A stretch of DNA of 64,000 nt from Paraphysomonas bandaiensis (taxonomy: Eukaryota; Protista; Chrysophyceae). Each line of letters starts with the position of its first letter. Positions within the stretch are counted from its first letter, which is position 1. The DNA lies in assembly GCA_965644295.1 (NCBI GenBank), contig CBFFRP010000076.1:1-64000 (forward strand), read 5' to 3'. This document shows, piece by piece, positions 38,728 to 51,964 of the stretch. The translations under genes and the position numbers were made by a program. Below the pieces are notes generated by a model, which was given only the letters and a program-made list of their open reading frames with translations, was not told the DNA's origin and ran no database searches.

Positions 38728-39261
38728 TCAGTTATGCGCCCGCCCTCTCTCCATCTCGTCATACTGATCAAAAGACATCTCGTCTCCACCCCTGCCATAG
38801 TTCCAATCATAAAGTCCTGTCCAGACTTTCTTCACCCAGGGTAATGACCAAGTTGACAGGTTGAACCCAACCGTGGGGACAATGGCGTTCAACAAGGGAT
38901 CTTGGACACCAATAAGATACATGTATCCACTGAGCGTAATATAAGTGATAACCATTATAAACCCGACACGTGTGTATGAGCCCTCAAACTCCTTGCCTTT
39001 ATCTTTGTCGTAATTGCGCCGTCTCAATTGGCGTATTTCTTTCTTCAATCTCTCCACATCGTCATCTATTCGCGACAACACCACGTGCGGAGGTACATGC
39101 ATGGGGCTTTCTTTTGGAAGCAAGTATGGCTTGATACTATTGTCGGCATGGTCCGGGGCCCTATGAATTATAGTGACAGTCTGATGAGGATCCTTCTCCT
39201 CCATCTCCACATTCTCTATCTCCACTCCTTCAGATGTCGTAATACGGGAAGACATGAACAC
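38728..39261 (-). CDS. Small protein with a coiled coil and two hydrophobic segments, unknown function
   Basis: Intronless 177-aa ORF; coiled coil followed by GFIMVITYITLSGYMYLIG and PLLNAIVPTVGFNLSTWSLPWVK. Confidence 0.7.
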   Translation of the reverse strand: MFMSSRITTSEGVEIENVEMEEKDPHQTVTIIHRAPDHADNSIKPYLLPKESPMHVPPHVVLSRIDDDVERLKKEIRQLRRRNYDKDKGKEFEGSYTRVGFIMVITYITLSGYMYLIGVQDPLLNAIVPTVGFNLSTWSLPWVKKVWTGLYDWNYGRGGDEMSFDQYDEMERGRAHN

Positions 39262-39609
39262 CAGGGTCCGAAATTAGTGAACGTTCTCGTGAGAGTGATG
39301 CTCACTGGTCTGTTTCCAGCTCGGATCTGTATGCAGTGTTTGGTTGTTCTTTCCGAACTCTTGCTGCGTATGAGTGTACATATACATATACATACACATA
39401 CACATATATACATACATATATCTGGCTGTAGCTACGAATCGTCTCATTGTTTAATTTTTCATGCAGTCTTGCACACATATACAGAGTACAAGTACACCGT
39501 ATACTGCTGTATATATAGGTATACAGAGTTTTCATACACTATATATCAGGTACAATCCATGATATGATACACACTGCTGTACGGGATAGTACAGAGAATA
39601 CGATATCGA

Positions 39610-39827
39610 CAGTGGGTGACTACCTAAATTGCATAAATACATAAATGCATAAAAAATCTGGGATTATAGAAATCTATTCAGACCCAGTTTCTGCATATGT
39701 TTATGCATATAGGATAGTTTGCACGAGGGGTCTCCTAAAAAAACATAAATCTGCATAAATTCATGAGTTTATGCAGCCTATTTTTTATGCATTTATGTGT
39801 TTGTGCAATTTAGGTAGTCACCCAGTG
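39610..39827. mobile_element. MITE with ~47-bp TIRs
   Basis: CAGTGGGTGACTACCTAAATTGCATAAATACATAAATGCATAAAAAA mirrored at 39781-39827. Confidence 0.75.
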
Positions 39828-39928
39828 TACAGTATATATATATGCACTGCACAGCCCGTATAGACAACGGAGAGCGTGTTGGCAGTCCACTGGATAGTGT
39901 TCGAGTGGAGAAGGTCAACTTTTAATCA

Positions 39929-40648
39929 ATGGATTCCTGCTTTGGACTTGTCGGGGATGGGTGCGTCTGGTGTTATGATCTGCAGGAGGTTTATTCATGT
40001 TTAGGTTTGCTATTCTGGCGGCTGACGCATCCGCTGGGAGGTCGATACTTGTTTTCAAGCATGACGTCGACAAGGTGTATATTTAATCAAGTGATGTCAT
40101 CTTTACTCATGTATTATATTTTGAGATTATGGAATTGGATAGTCATAAACTCCTAGTGGGATCTGGTACCCCAGCAGACACTGTAAATTTCAACGAATTT
40201 ATTCAGAAAAACATGAAGCTATATGAACTAAATAACGAACTTCAACTAACAACTCACGCGGCGGCACATTTTACGCGCGGGGAGGTAAGAAAAGGTTCAG
40301 TTATTTAAATTTTTGACCGTACTTTTTCAGCTCGCGAAAGCCTTGCGTAAGGGCCCTTATCAGACCAATCTCCTACTGGCGGGATATGACTCTCAAAATG
40401 GAGTAGCTCTATATTTCATCGATTATTTAGCTTCTCTTGCGAAAGTAAATTTTGGTGCACAGGGCTATGCCTCCAACTTTGTTTTGTCGGTATTTGACCG
40501 GGAGTGGCGCGAGGGCATGAATCTGACTGAAGCGTTGGAGGTCATCAAGAAGTGCATTCATGAGCTTCACACAAGATTTTTAATATCCCAACCAGTGTTT
40601 GTAGTCAAGGTTGTTGATAGTGAGGGCACACGCACCGTACAGCTTTAG
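39929..40648 (+). CDS. PSMB2: 20S proteasome subunit beta type-2 (beta4/PRE1)
   Basis: Spliced MDSCFGLVGDG|FAILAADASAGRSILVFKHDVDK|IMELDSHKL...FIQKNMKLYEL...FTRGE|LAKALRKGPYQTNLLLAGYD...LYFIDYLASL. Confidence 0.93.
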
Positions 40649-41553
40649 GCAGTGCGTTCGTGGCAGTTTGTCCTCGTTGCTGTTGCTAGAGTCATTGGCG
40701 GGATTGGTGTGTGACATTATCTCTGGCGGTGAATTTTTAAGTAAATATTTTCCATTTATTTATAATATTTTTCTCGCAACAGACTCATGAAAAATATTAT
40801 CTACGATTATATTGTGGTATAATATATTAATATTGCAATATGTAAAATGAGTAAATAGTGAACACTCACCAAAGTTATTGACCCAAAATATTCCTAAATA
40901 TACCTAATACGTTCTAAATTTCAGCGACGGCCTGGATGACAGAGGTTAGAAAATAGGCGAGTGAAAAGAACGGCGAAATAGAGGTTTGCTTGCCAAATGT
41001 ACGACGGGCCAATTGCACTATAGTATAGACTATAGCTGTAACAATCTAACTTGCTTTCTTTTTTGGCAGTGAATGCCCGCTAAATATAACGTTGGTCACT
41101 CTATAGTTACAAGTCTTGCATACCATTACACTCGCAGTTTCATCCTTGACAACAGTGATAATAATGCTAATTAAAAACTACAACTTTGGTATTTATTTCG
41201 TTCCAAGTACTCCCACCGTTCACATATATGAGACTGCAGACTGCAGACAACTTTCTGTAACTTATGCGTGATATAGTTCCAAAGAAATTAAATTAAGTTA
41301 CGAAAAAACTTCAACATATATGATAAAATGCAATAATTAAGAACTAGTCAAAAAACAATCAAATCATTCCATGTTCTAATAATATCGTTAGGCTCAGTCG
41401 CTGAGAGCAATAAGAAACTTTTAATGGATAATAGAAAATAAGTCGCACACCAGATATCTAAGGAACATTAAATTCATCCGATGTCTTATACGAAAACGCT
41501 GATAAAATAATGGAATAAACGGTAAAAAGAGTTTGATGTGGTTCCTAATGGCA

Positions 41554-41805
41554 TTATATTCCAGCTGTCAGTTGTTGTCGATAATCTTCTTTGAAGGATC
41601 GTAACTCTTCACGATTCCACCATAAACTGGAATGAACCCCGGCTGTCATATAATCTTCGCGTGTTGGAATTAAAATAACTTGTGCGCATTGAGAAAACAT
41701 TACAGTCCTCAAAGGGATTCTATTTTCCCTACTCTGGTCATGGGGGCATTCCGGCTTGACTGGGGACTCAGTCCGTGACCTCTTTCGCAATGACGGTGGA
41801 CTCAT
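41554..41805 (-). CDS. Small hypothetical protein
   Basis: 83-aa ORF with VMFSQCAQVILIPTREDY...LWWNREELRSFK; positioned as the divergent partner of the V-ATPase gene. Confidence 0.5.
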   Translation of the reverse strand: MSPPSLRKRSRTESPVKPECPHDQSRENRIPLRTVMFSQCAQVILIPTREDYMTAGVHSSLWWNREELRSFKEDYRQQLTAGI

Positions 41806-42187
41806 TCACTAAGGTAATTCCTTGCAGTGTGGTCGAGAACACAGGCAGCAAAAGAGGTCAATGATTTTAAGTCTCAACGTCGGAAGATTATCGTGACTGA
41901 ACTGAAACCTCCTTTCACGGGAATATTTCCCATCGCTACTGTCCAATCAAAATCGATGGTGAGAACTACCCCTCAAAATAATAACTGAAAAGTTTGACCC
42001 TTTAGGATACATATATTTTTCAGTGAACTGTTCAAGATATGCACCCAAAAAAACACAACATTTGGATTGTTGTGGTGTGTGCATGCAACCATATGCATAC
42101 ACAACATACTGCTGCTGTATGCTCTGCACATCACAATATCACAAGTATCCGCACACTCTCTAGATCCAATAGCACCAGAAATTAAAA

Positions 42188-42848
42188 ATGGCTGACGTCT
42201 CTTACGAAACTTGCCCCACCTCTGCTCCCTTCTTTGGGTTTATGGGAGTGACCGCCGCCCTTTGCTTTGCCAGTACGTATAACTCTGTATAGACGCTGTT
42301 TACCTGACTGTGTATGATACAGACATTGGTGCTGCATATGGAACTGCGAAGTCTGGTGTTGGTATATCCTCTATGGGTGTCATGAACCCTCAGCTGGTGA
42401 TGAGAAATATCATCCCAGTAGTCATGGCTGGTGTGCTCGGTATCTACGGGCTCATTGTCGCAGTTATTATTCAGGGATCTAGTGAGTTTTATAGTCATGT
42501 GTATTGTACTTTGTGTAAAATTTCATTCAGTCACAACCCCTGACACTGATGGTGCCACCAAGTATTCTAGCTTTACTGGCTATGCTCACCTTTCCGCTGG
42601 CTTGTGTTGTGGTCTGAGGTACGCATGTCATATTTGCTATTACCCATATCATTGTGTTGGTTTACAGTGGTCTCGCTGCCGGTATGGCAATTGGTATTGT
42701 CGGTGATGCCGGTGTTCGCGCCGTTGGACAGCAAGAGAGATTGTTTGTTGGCATGATTCTTATTCTCATTTTCGCCGAGGCACTTGGTCTTTACGGACTC
42801 ATTGTCGCTCTTATCCTCTCTCAACAGAGCTATGAGTGCAGTGCGTAA
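42188..42848 (+). CDS. ATP6V0C: V-type H+-ATPase 16-kDa proteolipid subunit c
   Basis: Spliced [78 protein letters not shown]. Confidence 0.96.
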
Positions 42849-43427
42849 ACATGAAATGCGCACTCTCAAGTATTGTCACTTGTTTTGGGGGAATTTTTCT
42901 ATTAAAACTTGAAACTTTAATTCTAATCAGTTCGGTGATTAAATATTTTGCTGTTGGGCCTTGGTAGATATTAGATATACCAGTGACTTTTCCACTGAGT
43001 TGCAGAATTAGAAAGTTATAGAATAACATAAACATGGTATATATTGTTCATTGACTACCAAGTACGAATTGTGCAGGTTTATTACCTAAAATTTGTACTT
43101 TACTCATAAATCCAGTAGTGAATGACTTTTTTATTGAGTCCATGTATGTGCCGAAAGAAGGAACGAGACCATATTTGTAGATAGTATATACACACTCTAT
43201 GAGTCACAGTTCGCAAAATTCCATCTTGTGTGCATTAACATTATCATTGATATATAGGATGTAATGTATGTTATAAATCAGGGCTACAAAACAATATATT
43301 GAATTGCAATACATCGCACAATATATTACCATATATTGTAATATATATTGCTTGGTCGACCGGCCAAAAATCCCATCAATATTGTTTCTGTGAAAGTATC
43401 TCACAGTATATTGCAATCAATATTATG

Positions 43428-45750
43428 GAAAAATTTAATTTTGGCCCTTTTTGGCCCTCGGCCCGCTAGGGCCCTCGGCCCGCATTTGGCCCTCTACTAC
43501 AACTAACAATAATAACAATAATTCTTAATTAAAAACACACACAACACACACTACAACCACAAGCAACAATAACGCACAAAGCAAAGGGCAGTATTACGCA
43601 CAAAGCAAAGGGTCAAATTTAGCAAGAGTTATTAATATCTTAAGCAAGAGCAACTTTATACCAAAACATTTTTCGGAGCTGGGGGCTCCCCACGCTTCGA
43701 CTCTACGAGCCGGCGTCCACTGCCCCCAGGCCCCCGCCCCTAAACAACGCCGGGGCCGGCCCCACCGGCCCTATTCCGGCGTTTGGCGCCGGTCTGAGCC
43801 CTGCCGGCGGCAACACAGCATGTCTCAATCTCCTCGGTGAAAGCACAGTCTTCGGCTGTCACTGTAGACTCCTTGCCACATCCAGTGTATTTCACTATCT
43901 CCTCAATTGAAATACAATCATCAGTGGGTACATCGACAACATATCCATTCTGCAGTCGGCACTGCTCGCGATAGCCAACGATGGACCCCTCGTAAAATCC
44001 AACTCTCACCACCTCGTACATGCACCCATCCTCAGGATCATAGTGGCTCTTCCCAATCAAAAACTTGTATTGGTTGAGCTGCGCAAACTTAGTCCTTTGG
44101 ACTGACCTGTCCATTTCAAATGCAGCGTAGTCCTCTGGCAATGTGAATTGCTGGAATGGCAGATGTTTCGGCCGGGATGCATGACCCCTGAGAATTTTGT
44201 TTCGAAGTTCGACGTATTCTTGACTTAGCTTCCGAATAGTACTCACATATAACACCACGGAAGGATGCGCAGTGGGAAAAGCCTCGTTCAGCTTTCTGTT
44301 AAACCTTTCCAGTGGATTGTTGGTTCTATTAATCAAGCGGGATGTTGATGACTCGTCTGTTACAATGCCATGCACATTCCAATCATTAGGATCGGATCCA
44401 GTTACAGGCTTGCCCTCAAAGTTCCGTTTGATAGCATTCATCAGACCCTTCTCGAAATCCACTGAGCCATTGATGATCTCCATCATGAAATCTGTTGAGG
44501 CCTTACTCAAATAAAGAGCCATGGAATACACTTCTTCAAACTTCGATTGCAGCAATATATAAAATACAGGAATGTATAGGGACGAGGCGTAGTCATATAT
44601 CATAATTACTAGACACTGAGAAAATCCCTTTGGCACACATTTAAAAGTACAGTCTATAAACAGATGGACCGGACCACCCTTTACAATATTGATTAAATCA
44701 GGATGTGCAAAGCCAATTATCTTCTGCATCTGATTGCTAACATTGATTGAAGTATTGAACTGTAAAAATAGTCTCTCGTCGTCATCAGCACAGTTCACAA
44801 GCGGATACGACGATATAATTCCTTCCCAATCATTGAACTCTAAACGTCTACACTGATACACCAAAGCTTTGAGTTTCGACGTTTCGAGATATCTATATGG
44901 CATTCCTACCGAAATAAGCAAAAGAAAATGAAGTGAAAACAGCAAAAAGAAAAAAATATCAATTTTCTCACCGAGCTGCTTATATTTCGCTCGCGTTGTT
45001 TCCGCAACTTCATTTGCAATCGCAATGGAGGACTTCGAAACATCTTTCAACGCCATTGCTTCACAAAGTTGTTTCATTTCACCACTTGCGTCATATACAC
45101 CTTTACAAAACGACGACCTCTCCTTGGAATTATCATCAGATGTTGGTGAATCTGAAGGCAATATAAAGATGGCGGCACCACATTTGTGCTCCTCTTTCCC
45201 CTTTGAAATTATCAGTTTTTCATCAGATTCTTCTGCTTGCTCGTGAACAAGAATTGTCAATTTAGCTGGACAGCCACATGTTCTTCCTTTCCGGTGTTTT
45301 GAGCACCGATAATAACCCTTCAAATTTCCTAAATATATGGATCAGTGGCTTACTGATAGAGAATATATTATACCGAACCATCTTGAAGCCTCTTCCTCTG
45401 CTTGATAGTGTATCTGAAACCTTCCCACTGAAAAGTTGTAGGGAGATCATCGCTATTACAACTATCTTTTCTCCCTGATTCTTCTGAATTAGAATCATGC
45501 ATTATTAATCGCCTGCTTGATGACAAAATTATTAATGAATTTGTATTAAGTTTTCAAAAAGTCGAAATTAAAAACTAATCACATTAGTTTTTTCAAAACT
45601 CGAAATCTTTAAAAGACAATAACTGAAATAATATAACAAATCAAAATCTTCAGGAGGCAAAAACTGAAAAAAATTAATTTTAGAGGGCCCGCGGGGGGCC
45701 GCGGGCCCGCGAGGGCCGAGGGCCCTGGCGGGCCGCAAAAAAACCTTATC
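43428..45750 (-). mobile_element. MULE/Mutator transposon
   Basis: 9-bp TSD AATATTATG (43419-43427, 45751-45759); GC-rich imperfect TIRs sharing GGCCCGC(C/T)AGGGCCCTCGGCCC; transposase ORF inside. Confidence 0.88.
43740..45502 (-). CDS. MULE transposase with apparent in-frame internal deletion
   Basis: Spliced MHDSN..FQWEGFRY..|GNLKGYYRCSKHR..CPAKL zinc module; LFIDCTFKCVPKGFSQC, DFEKGLMNAI, RTNNPLERFNRKLN; no CxxH motif. Confidence 0.8.
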
Positions 45751-46439
45751 AATATTATGACAGTCATATAAGAGAAGATTCTCAACTGTAGGGTGCAAAA
45801 TGGATATAAATAACCGAGAAAATGATTACAACATTACAGAGGATGAAGAAGTTGATGTTGACTATGCGTTTCTCAAAAAATTAAGAAACGTATAGGTCCA
45901 CGAGTCATTAACGGTTACCCGGCATTGGTATGTACTTCCAATACATGGGAGCGTCTGTTCAGCGCAGCTAAACATATTATATCAGTGTTGCGCAAAAGTA
46001 TCCATCCTACTTAATATGCTGTTGTTGCCGAAAGCTATTCGACAGTTGTGGCCGGATACTAGCATATTTCAATTAGTTCTGTGGATGATTATGGTGATGT
46101 TGACGTCACCGATGATGGATCAGAGGATGAGGACGAGGTGGATTTTTATTAGCTATAAGCAGTAGTTGGTTTGGTTTTCATTTGATCTTAATGACTAAAA
46201 CTAAAAATGGAATATACGGATGTGTTTACTTCTTACAGATTTGTCATACTAATATATTGTAATAGTATTGTTGGGCCTGTTAAAAACTTTCATCAATAGT
46301 ATTGATCGAACGCTCTCAAACAATATAGTTATTGATGGACCGGAAAAATACATATTATATTTTAAATGTTAAAGCAACTCACAAATATTGCCATCAATAA
46401 TTTGATAGTATATACTATCAGGTATACATATATATATAT

Positions 46440-47345
46440 AAGGCCAGATAATAATATATATTGCAATATATTGATACATTTTGGGCGCCAAGTAGAAAAC
46501 ATTTGCTCAATCGGTAGTACCTCTAGTAATCATCGATTACTGTTGCACTGTGCTTGCGGTCCACAAGTTCTTGTTGAAGCAGAGGAACAGCAGCATTTCA
46601 ACGCGTCGCAAACGTGCCATGATAATCTCTGCTGAACAAAAAAGCTCCACAACGTTAGTTGTACTGAATATATGTGTGCTTGGGCGATCGATACTGGATG
46701 TCAAGCGCTGTCTCTTCTTGCTGGCTCTATGACTTTCAAAGTGCAGCACCAACGTTTCTTACATTTGTCACTTCGATGCCATATATATCCAGTGATTCAG
46801 CTTCGTCTTCAGCCTTTCGAAATCTTGTAGCCTCTGTTCTCTTTTTGACGAGTCAAATATTCCTCATCTCCGTCCTGAGCCTTCATAATGGCCTCATCGA
46901 AGGTAGGGCTTTGAACGATATCCGAATCTACGGAGAGGTGGAAAGCTGTGATAGGTAATGAGCTGTTTACACTGACATGTTCTTCTACAATTCATAGGAA
47001 AATATACTCAGTCAATCTTTAGTTTTACGTGGAAGACATCATACTTTTAACAGTTATTGGTACTAACTTGACTGAGACAGTATGAATTCAAATATATCGA
47101 ACATGAATAGCGTTCTTCATTGCAGGTAATTATAAGAATTCTGAGGTATTATAATATTTATAGATCCGTTATATATGATTATATGAAGAGCAATTTATGA
47201 TTAATCAAATATATTTTCCAAGACACACAAGCAAAACAAATATAATATCAATATAATATTGCGAGGCCAAATTATGCTGAAATAATAATAAAGATATATA
47301 TTATACAATATTGTATCATGCAATAATATATGATTGCAATATATT
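46440..47345 (-). mobile_element. Degenerate hAT element
   Basis: HIFSTTNVVELFCSAEIIM...VEMLLFLCFNKNLW dimerisation remnant (46537-46752); CAATATATTG-rich ends. Confidence 0.6.
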
Positions 47346-48522
47346 TTTGTTATCACTTTCTAGTAATCTCTAGTTTTAGTGTTTCTAGTAGTGTATAGTG
47401 CAAATATGATTGTTGATTCAAGATTCCTTGGGTATACAGTAAACGCAAAAGCAAAAAACATCATTCTTGTCTGTGACTGCGTTGGGGATGCAATAATGAC
47501 ATAAACTGATTACCCATGTATAACATAAATAGAAATTAATTAATAATGTTTGGTATGTAGTAATAATTACTATTAACTATATTATAACATTGTCTGAGTG
47601 ACATTATATGAAATATATTGTGAGCTAGCTTAGCAATAGCAATGATAGTGGATTGTTCAAGCCGGTCGACCGATCAATATTTTGCAAGACTAAATTATAT
47701 TGCTCCCTAGATTATATATATTCGTTGAACTCACTAACTACTTCAGTATCCTGACGTACAGTCACCTAGCTATATACTTCTTACATATAAATAAAATAAG
47801 GGTACAGGTTACAGATAAGGGTAGTGGAGGAAAAAGGTGAAAAGACGTGACAACATGACAACTTCTATAATTTCACAGAGCTATTAATTACAGTGAACTC
47901 CCTTTTATGATCTAATATATAGCTACGAAATAGATATAAAATAAATATGAACCAACAATGCACGATAATATATTATTCATATAAAATTATAAAAATGTGC
48001 GTAGTATTAATATGTGTTGTATATAGAATAGGTGGTGGAAAATTATATAAAAGCATGGAGTTGTCTATGCGTCTATGTCAGCTGGCGAAGGAGTTAAAAT
48101 TGAGCTTTCATGACACAAATTTATTGATCACAACTGAGCTTAGTTCATAAAACAATATCTAACCATTTTCTAGTTAGATGAATTCAAATCAACACAACCA
48201 AAGGTAGCTGTTAATATTTATGTCAACCTGAACATAGTGAGATTAACAACATGTATAGCGCTTGTCTTGCCATGTAGCTTCAATTGATTTTATAGTAGAC
48301 ATGCTTCGAAGTACACTGCAATCTATAATTCGCAATTGAATAGCTCTAACTCATATTCTAAGTACGCACTACTAGGGGAATCGCGCTCTATTGGTATACA
48401 ATAGCACAATCTGAGACGTACAATATTCATCAACTCCTCAATAAGTCGTCAAACTGTAGTATACTTCAGTGAGCGTGGCATTAACTGTTGTAATTTGGCA
48501 GGCAGATTACTGCAATTATCTC

Positions 48523-50988
48523 TTATGTTGTGTGCGGAGTATCCGGTGGTGGCATTGTCGTCCACTCATAGGTGAAACAGTCTGGCTGACCTCTATGCGA
48601 ATATATGATAGATGGATGCCTGCCTCGTCTTTTCGATCCTTTATACTCTGCATCACTACTTCGCAGAACTCTTCTCCTAGCACTGTGTCCTTGATTCTGC
48701 AGACTCTTGATGTAGTCTCCAATAGTTCCCACTATCCTACCTCGAAGATCAGAATAGAAATCATTCTGTGTAGACTGGAATTCACTCCAGCAGAAGGGGG
48801 GTTGAGAATCTGTTGTTGGTCCTTGTTGAACCAGGATCTCGATAGCATTTAAACTGGACGTATTTCGTTGAACATCTGCTCGCAGAATTGATGACACCTT
48901 GGCATCTACAGCCCCGAAGGCTCTCATCTTCAACTTGTCTTCCTGCAAGTCCTCTCGACAGGCTATGCTTTCACACGCATCCCCTATAGACTCCTCATCC
49001 TCCTGGAAGTGATTGTATCGCAAAAGTACCTGTAGTCCAGTAATATTTTGTACCATCCCATGAAGTCGACGAAATAGTCGTGCACGGGGGCAGGTTGAAT
49101 AGCAGTTGCGATCTGCAGCAAATGAAGTCGAAGAGGGACCTGAAGAGATACATAGGTTCGTAGATTATATTGAAATATATGTATATATACCGTTAGCCTC
49201 CACAAAATTCTTTCGGGTGGTCTCGCAGAATGCTGTGTTGCCAGAGTACTCAGACATGTCAGAAAAGAAGGGTTCATTGTAGGAGGCCCAATACGTGTGA
49301 GTCTACAATCATGAATTCATCAGCCTCTTAGTCATGCAAATACACCAGTTCAACCATGCATACCAAAGCAATTACACAGATGCATATACACCTGTTCAAC
49401 CATTCATACCAAAGCAATTACACAGTCGCAGGAATGAGAATCAATTCTGTACAGACCCACCTTTAAGTGCTCAGTGAGGTCCGCCGATTGTATCATACCA
49501 GGCATTTCTTCAAGTACTGTGAGTAGCCCATCTTGCACTCCATCTCTTTCGGAAAACCGAGCCATGTCAACAACCATCCATTGATTCGCATAAGTACCCG
49601 AGTGGTCATATGAAAATCGCCTCGACCAATCGTTTCCGTCTATTGCCATGAGGTTTGCTGACCTAACGCGCACCCAGCTCAACAGGGAAGCTGGTTTAAT
49701 AAGTGCATACAAGGAGGAATTGTGGTTATCTAGAGAGGTTTCCATGACGGCTAGCCGTCCACCAGAGGAAGAGCAGGGGCAGGTCTGGCGACGAGGGACG
49801 GTATAAGTGGTATAAAAGTCATCCACAGACGTGAGCATACCAGGAGACGAGGAAAAGTAGGTGTGTGGCCGCAAAATACTTCTTGGCCCTTCACAAGCAC
49901 ATTCACTCTCTGCGATACCCTTCGGCCAGCTGGGGAAGATGTAATGTTTAAATATGCGGGGACCCATATTACGGTAGTCGTCCCAAGTGTTGTGACCAAA
50001 CAGTACATCAGAGCCGTCAGGTAGCAACTTTACGATAGCAGAGCAGTGGTCTCTCCGTCGATCACTAACTGTTGACACTCCACCTTCACCATTGATTCCA
50101 GTAGTTCGACGTCTATCATGTTGCTCAGCTGAGATCTTTTCCATAATCTGAATGAGATCACCATTGCTGTTTAACAGCAGGAACTGAATAACTGTGGGGG
50201 CTTTGAGACTCGTATAAAGGGTATCGATTCCTTCGTCGAATTCCTGTTCCCCACCGACCAGTCTGCCATCTTGAAACCCTGCAACGACGCCTTCCAACTG
50301 TTGTACAATCCCGCATACAGTCAACCAGTGTGCACTGTCATTACATCGCCCTTTAGACTTTGATATCATCCACTGATAGTTCTCGAGTAGGAATGAGATG
50401 ATAGCCGGATCGGGGTCCACAGGATTGGGTTCCACTGTATCGAATAGACCTGCGAGCAACAACAATCAGAAAAAAGTAAAGGCATGTGGGCTATAACACA
50501 CTCTGATAGTAATTCGGATAAAAATCAGCGATCTGTCGCCAGGTCAAGAAACCTTCCAAATAACCGATTGCTCGCATAGACAGGAGATACTGCTCCACTG
50601 AATCATCAGCAGGCAATGTTTCGACCTCGAGGTAATTCCACCCTTGACCTTCCACATTGCTGTGAAACTTTCCACTTGCAATTGCATTAGATCCCAAGTA
50701 TCCCAGCATGATCTGATGGGCTGACGTTAAGGTAACACTCATATCATATCAGACACTCACAGCAAACGATTCAGTGCTTTTATCATATCGAACACTCGCA
50801 GTGACCGTTTCTTCTGGAAGCATATCTTGAGTCACGTCTATCTTAAGGAAGGAGTCATATGAGAGCAGGAGCAGCAGAACAATAGCGAAGATGAGAGTGC
50901 CGGCACACATATTAATATGCCGCACATGTTTATGCGCTCCTCTCGAAGCGTGAGGCCCGATAAGAGGTGATGCCTCACTCAACGGCAT
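48523..50988 (-). CDS. Phospholipase B-like protein (PLBD, lysosomal Ntn-hydrolase); multi-exon
   Basis: GWNYLEVET, GYLEG, DHCSAIVKLLPDGSDVLFGHNTW, FSSSPG..SVDDFY, METSL, SGTYANQWMVVD, LRYNHF, IACREDL, GAVDAKV, GPT, HRGQPD. Confidence 0.92.
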
Positions 50989-51964
50989 CGCCAGTATGAT
51001 GCAAGAGGGCTGAGATGACTATCAGATGATGCCCTGCACGGGAGTGTAGGTGATCGTATCGTCTGTCTATCCAGGCAGGTTGCTGTGTGATGTGATTATG
51101 TATACCGCCGTATACGGTGTACGCATGTGTGTATATGTACTCTGTACATGTATGTGCTATACTGTATGTACACAGTGGCTGTACGGTGCTGTTGTAGCCC
51201 GGATTTTAGAAATTTGTTCCACCGTTTGTTCCACCTTTTGTTTTTTCGGATGTTGCATTTTTGGAAGTCCTCCACTGCCTGGTGTGCACATCTGCTCTGG
51301 ATACTCTGAGGCGGATCGAGTGCTGTGCTATATTCCTGCTGCTGTGAGTAGAGCAGGACTATACCACACCGCAGTGTATAGAACGAACTGAGCTTACGTA
51401 TGTGGCATTGGAATTGCAACCACTCTGATAGACTTGCAAGAGTTCGAGCATCTCTTCGCTCTGCATATAATGCTATGGAGTTGGAGGCAGTGTCCGCACT
51501 GTTCTTATCCAAAGCTGATGTTCAACACTAAACTCATGAGCATATGCCCCGATAAGCTCTTTGCAAGCTGATTTATTGATTTCATTCCCATATTGGGGTG
51601 CATAGTAGGAAGCTGTTCTTACGAGTGTACACATCTCTGCTACTCTCATCGCTATGCGTCCCTGGAGCGGTTATGTACACTGATAAAGCCTGTCATATAC
51701 GTACTACTTGACAAGATGTAACAATAGATCCTACATACGCACCAGTAGCTATCGCCATGAGACAGTCTGTATTTTGGTTGCAACATGGTCATAATTTTCC
51801 TATCTCTCATACGATAATACAGTAAGTACCCTGTGTACAAAACTTAACTCTCAATATGTTTGATACTGTTATAGTAGGTATTGTAAATATTTAGGGAAAT
51901 ATATATATTCGGAGATACCCAGAACGCTTCAGCACACTCTATTTATAATGGAGTTAGCACTGAC

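Larger units (their letters stand above)
43279..46325 (+). mobile_element. Family C hAT element (host of the MULE) with dimerisation-domain remnant
   Basis: Starts CAGGGCTACAAAACAATATATTG; sequence resumes after 45759 colinear with 35470-35520; TSNTWERLFSAAK..MLLL..IRQLWPD remnant at ~45935-46060. Confidence 0.7.

Noticed and set aside
51050-51840. Possible plus-strand partner gene upstream of PLBD
   Set aside because: Only short ORFs without recognisable motifs; no gene model could be supported.
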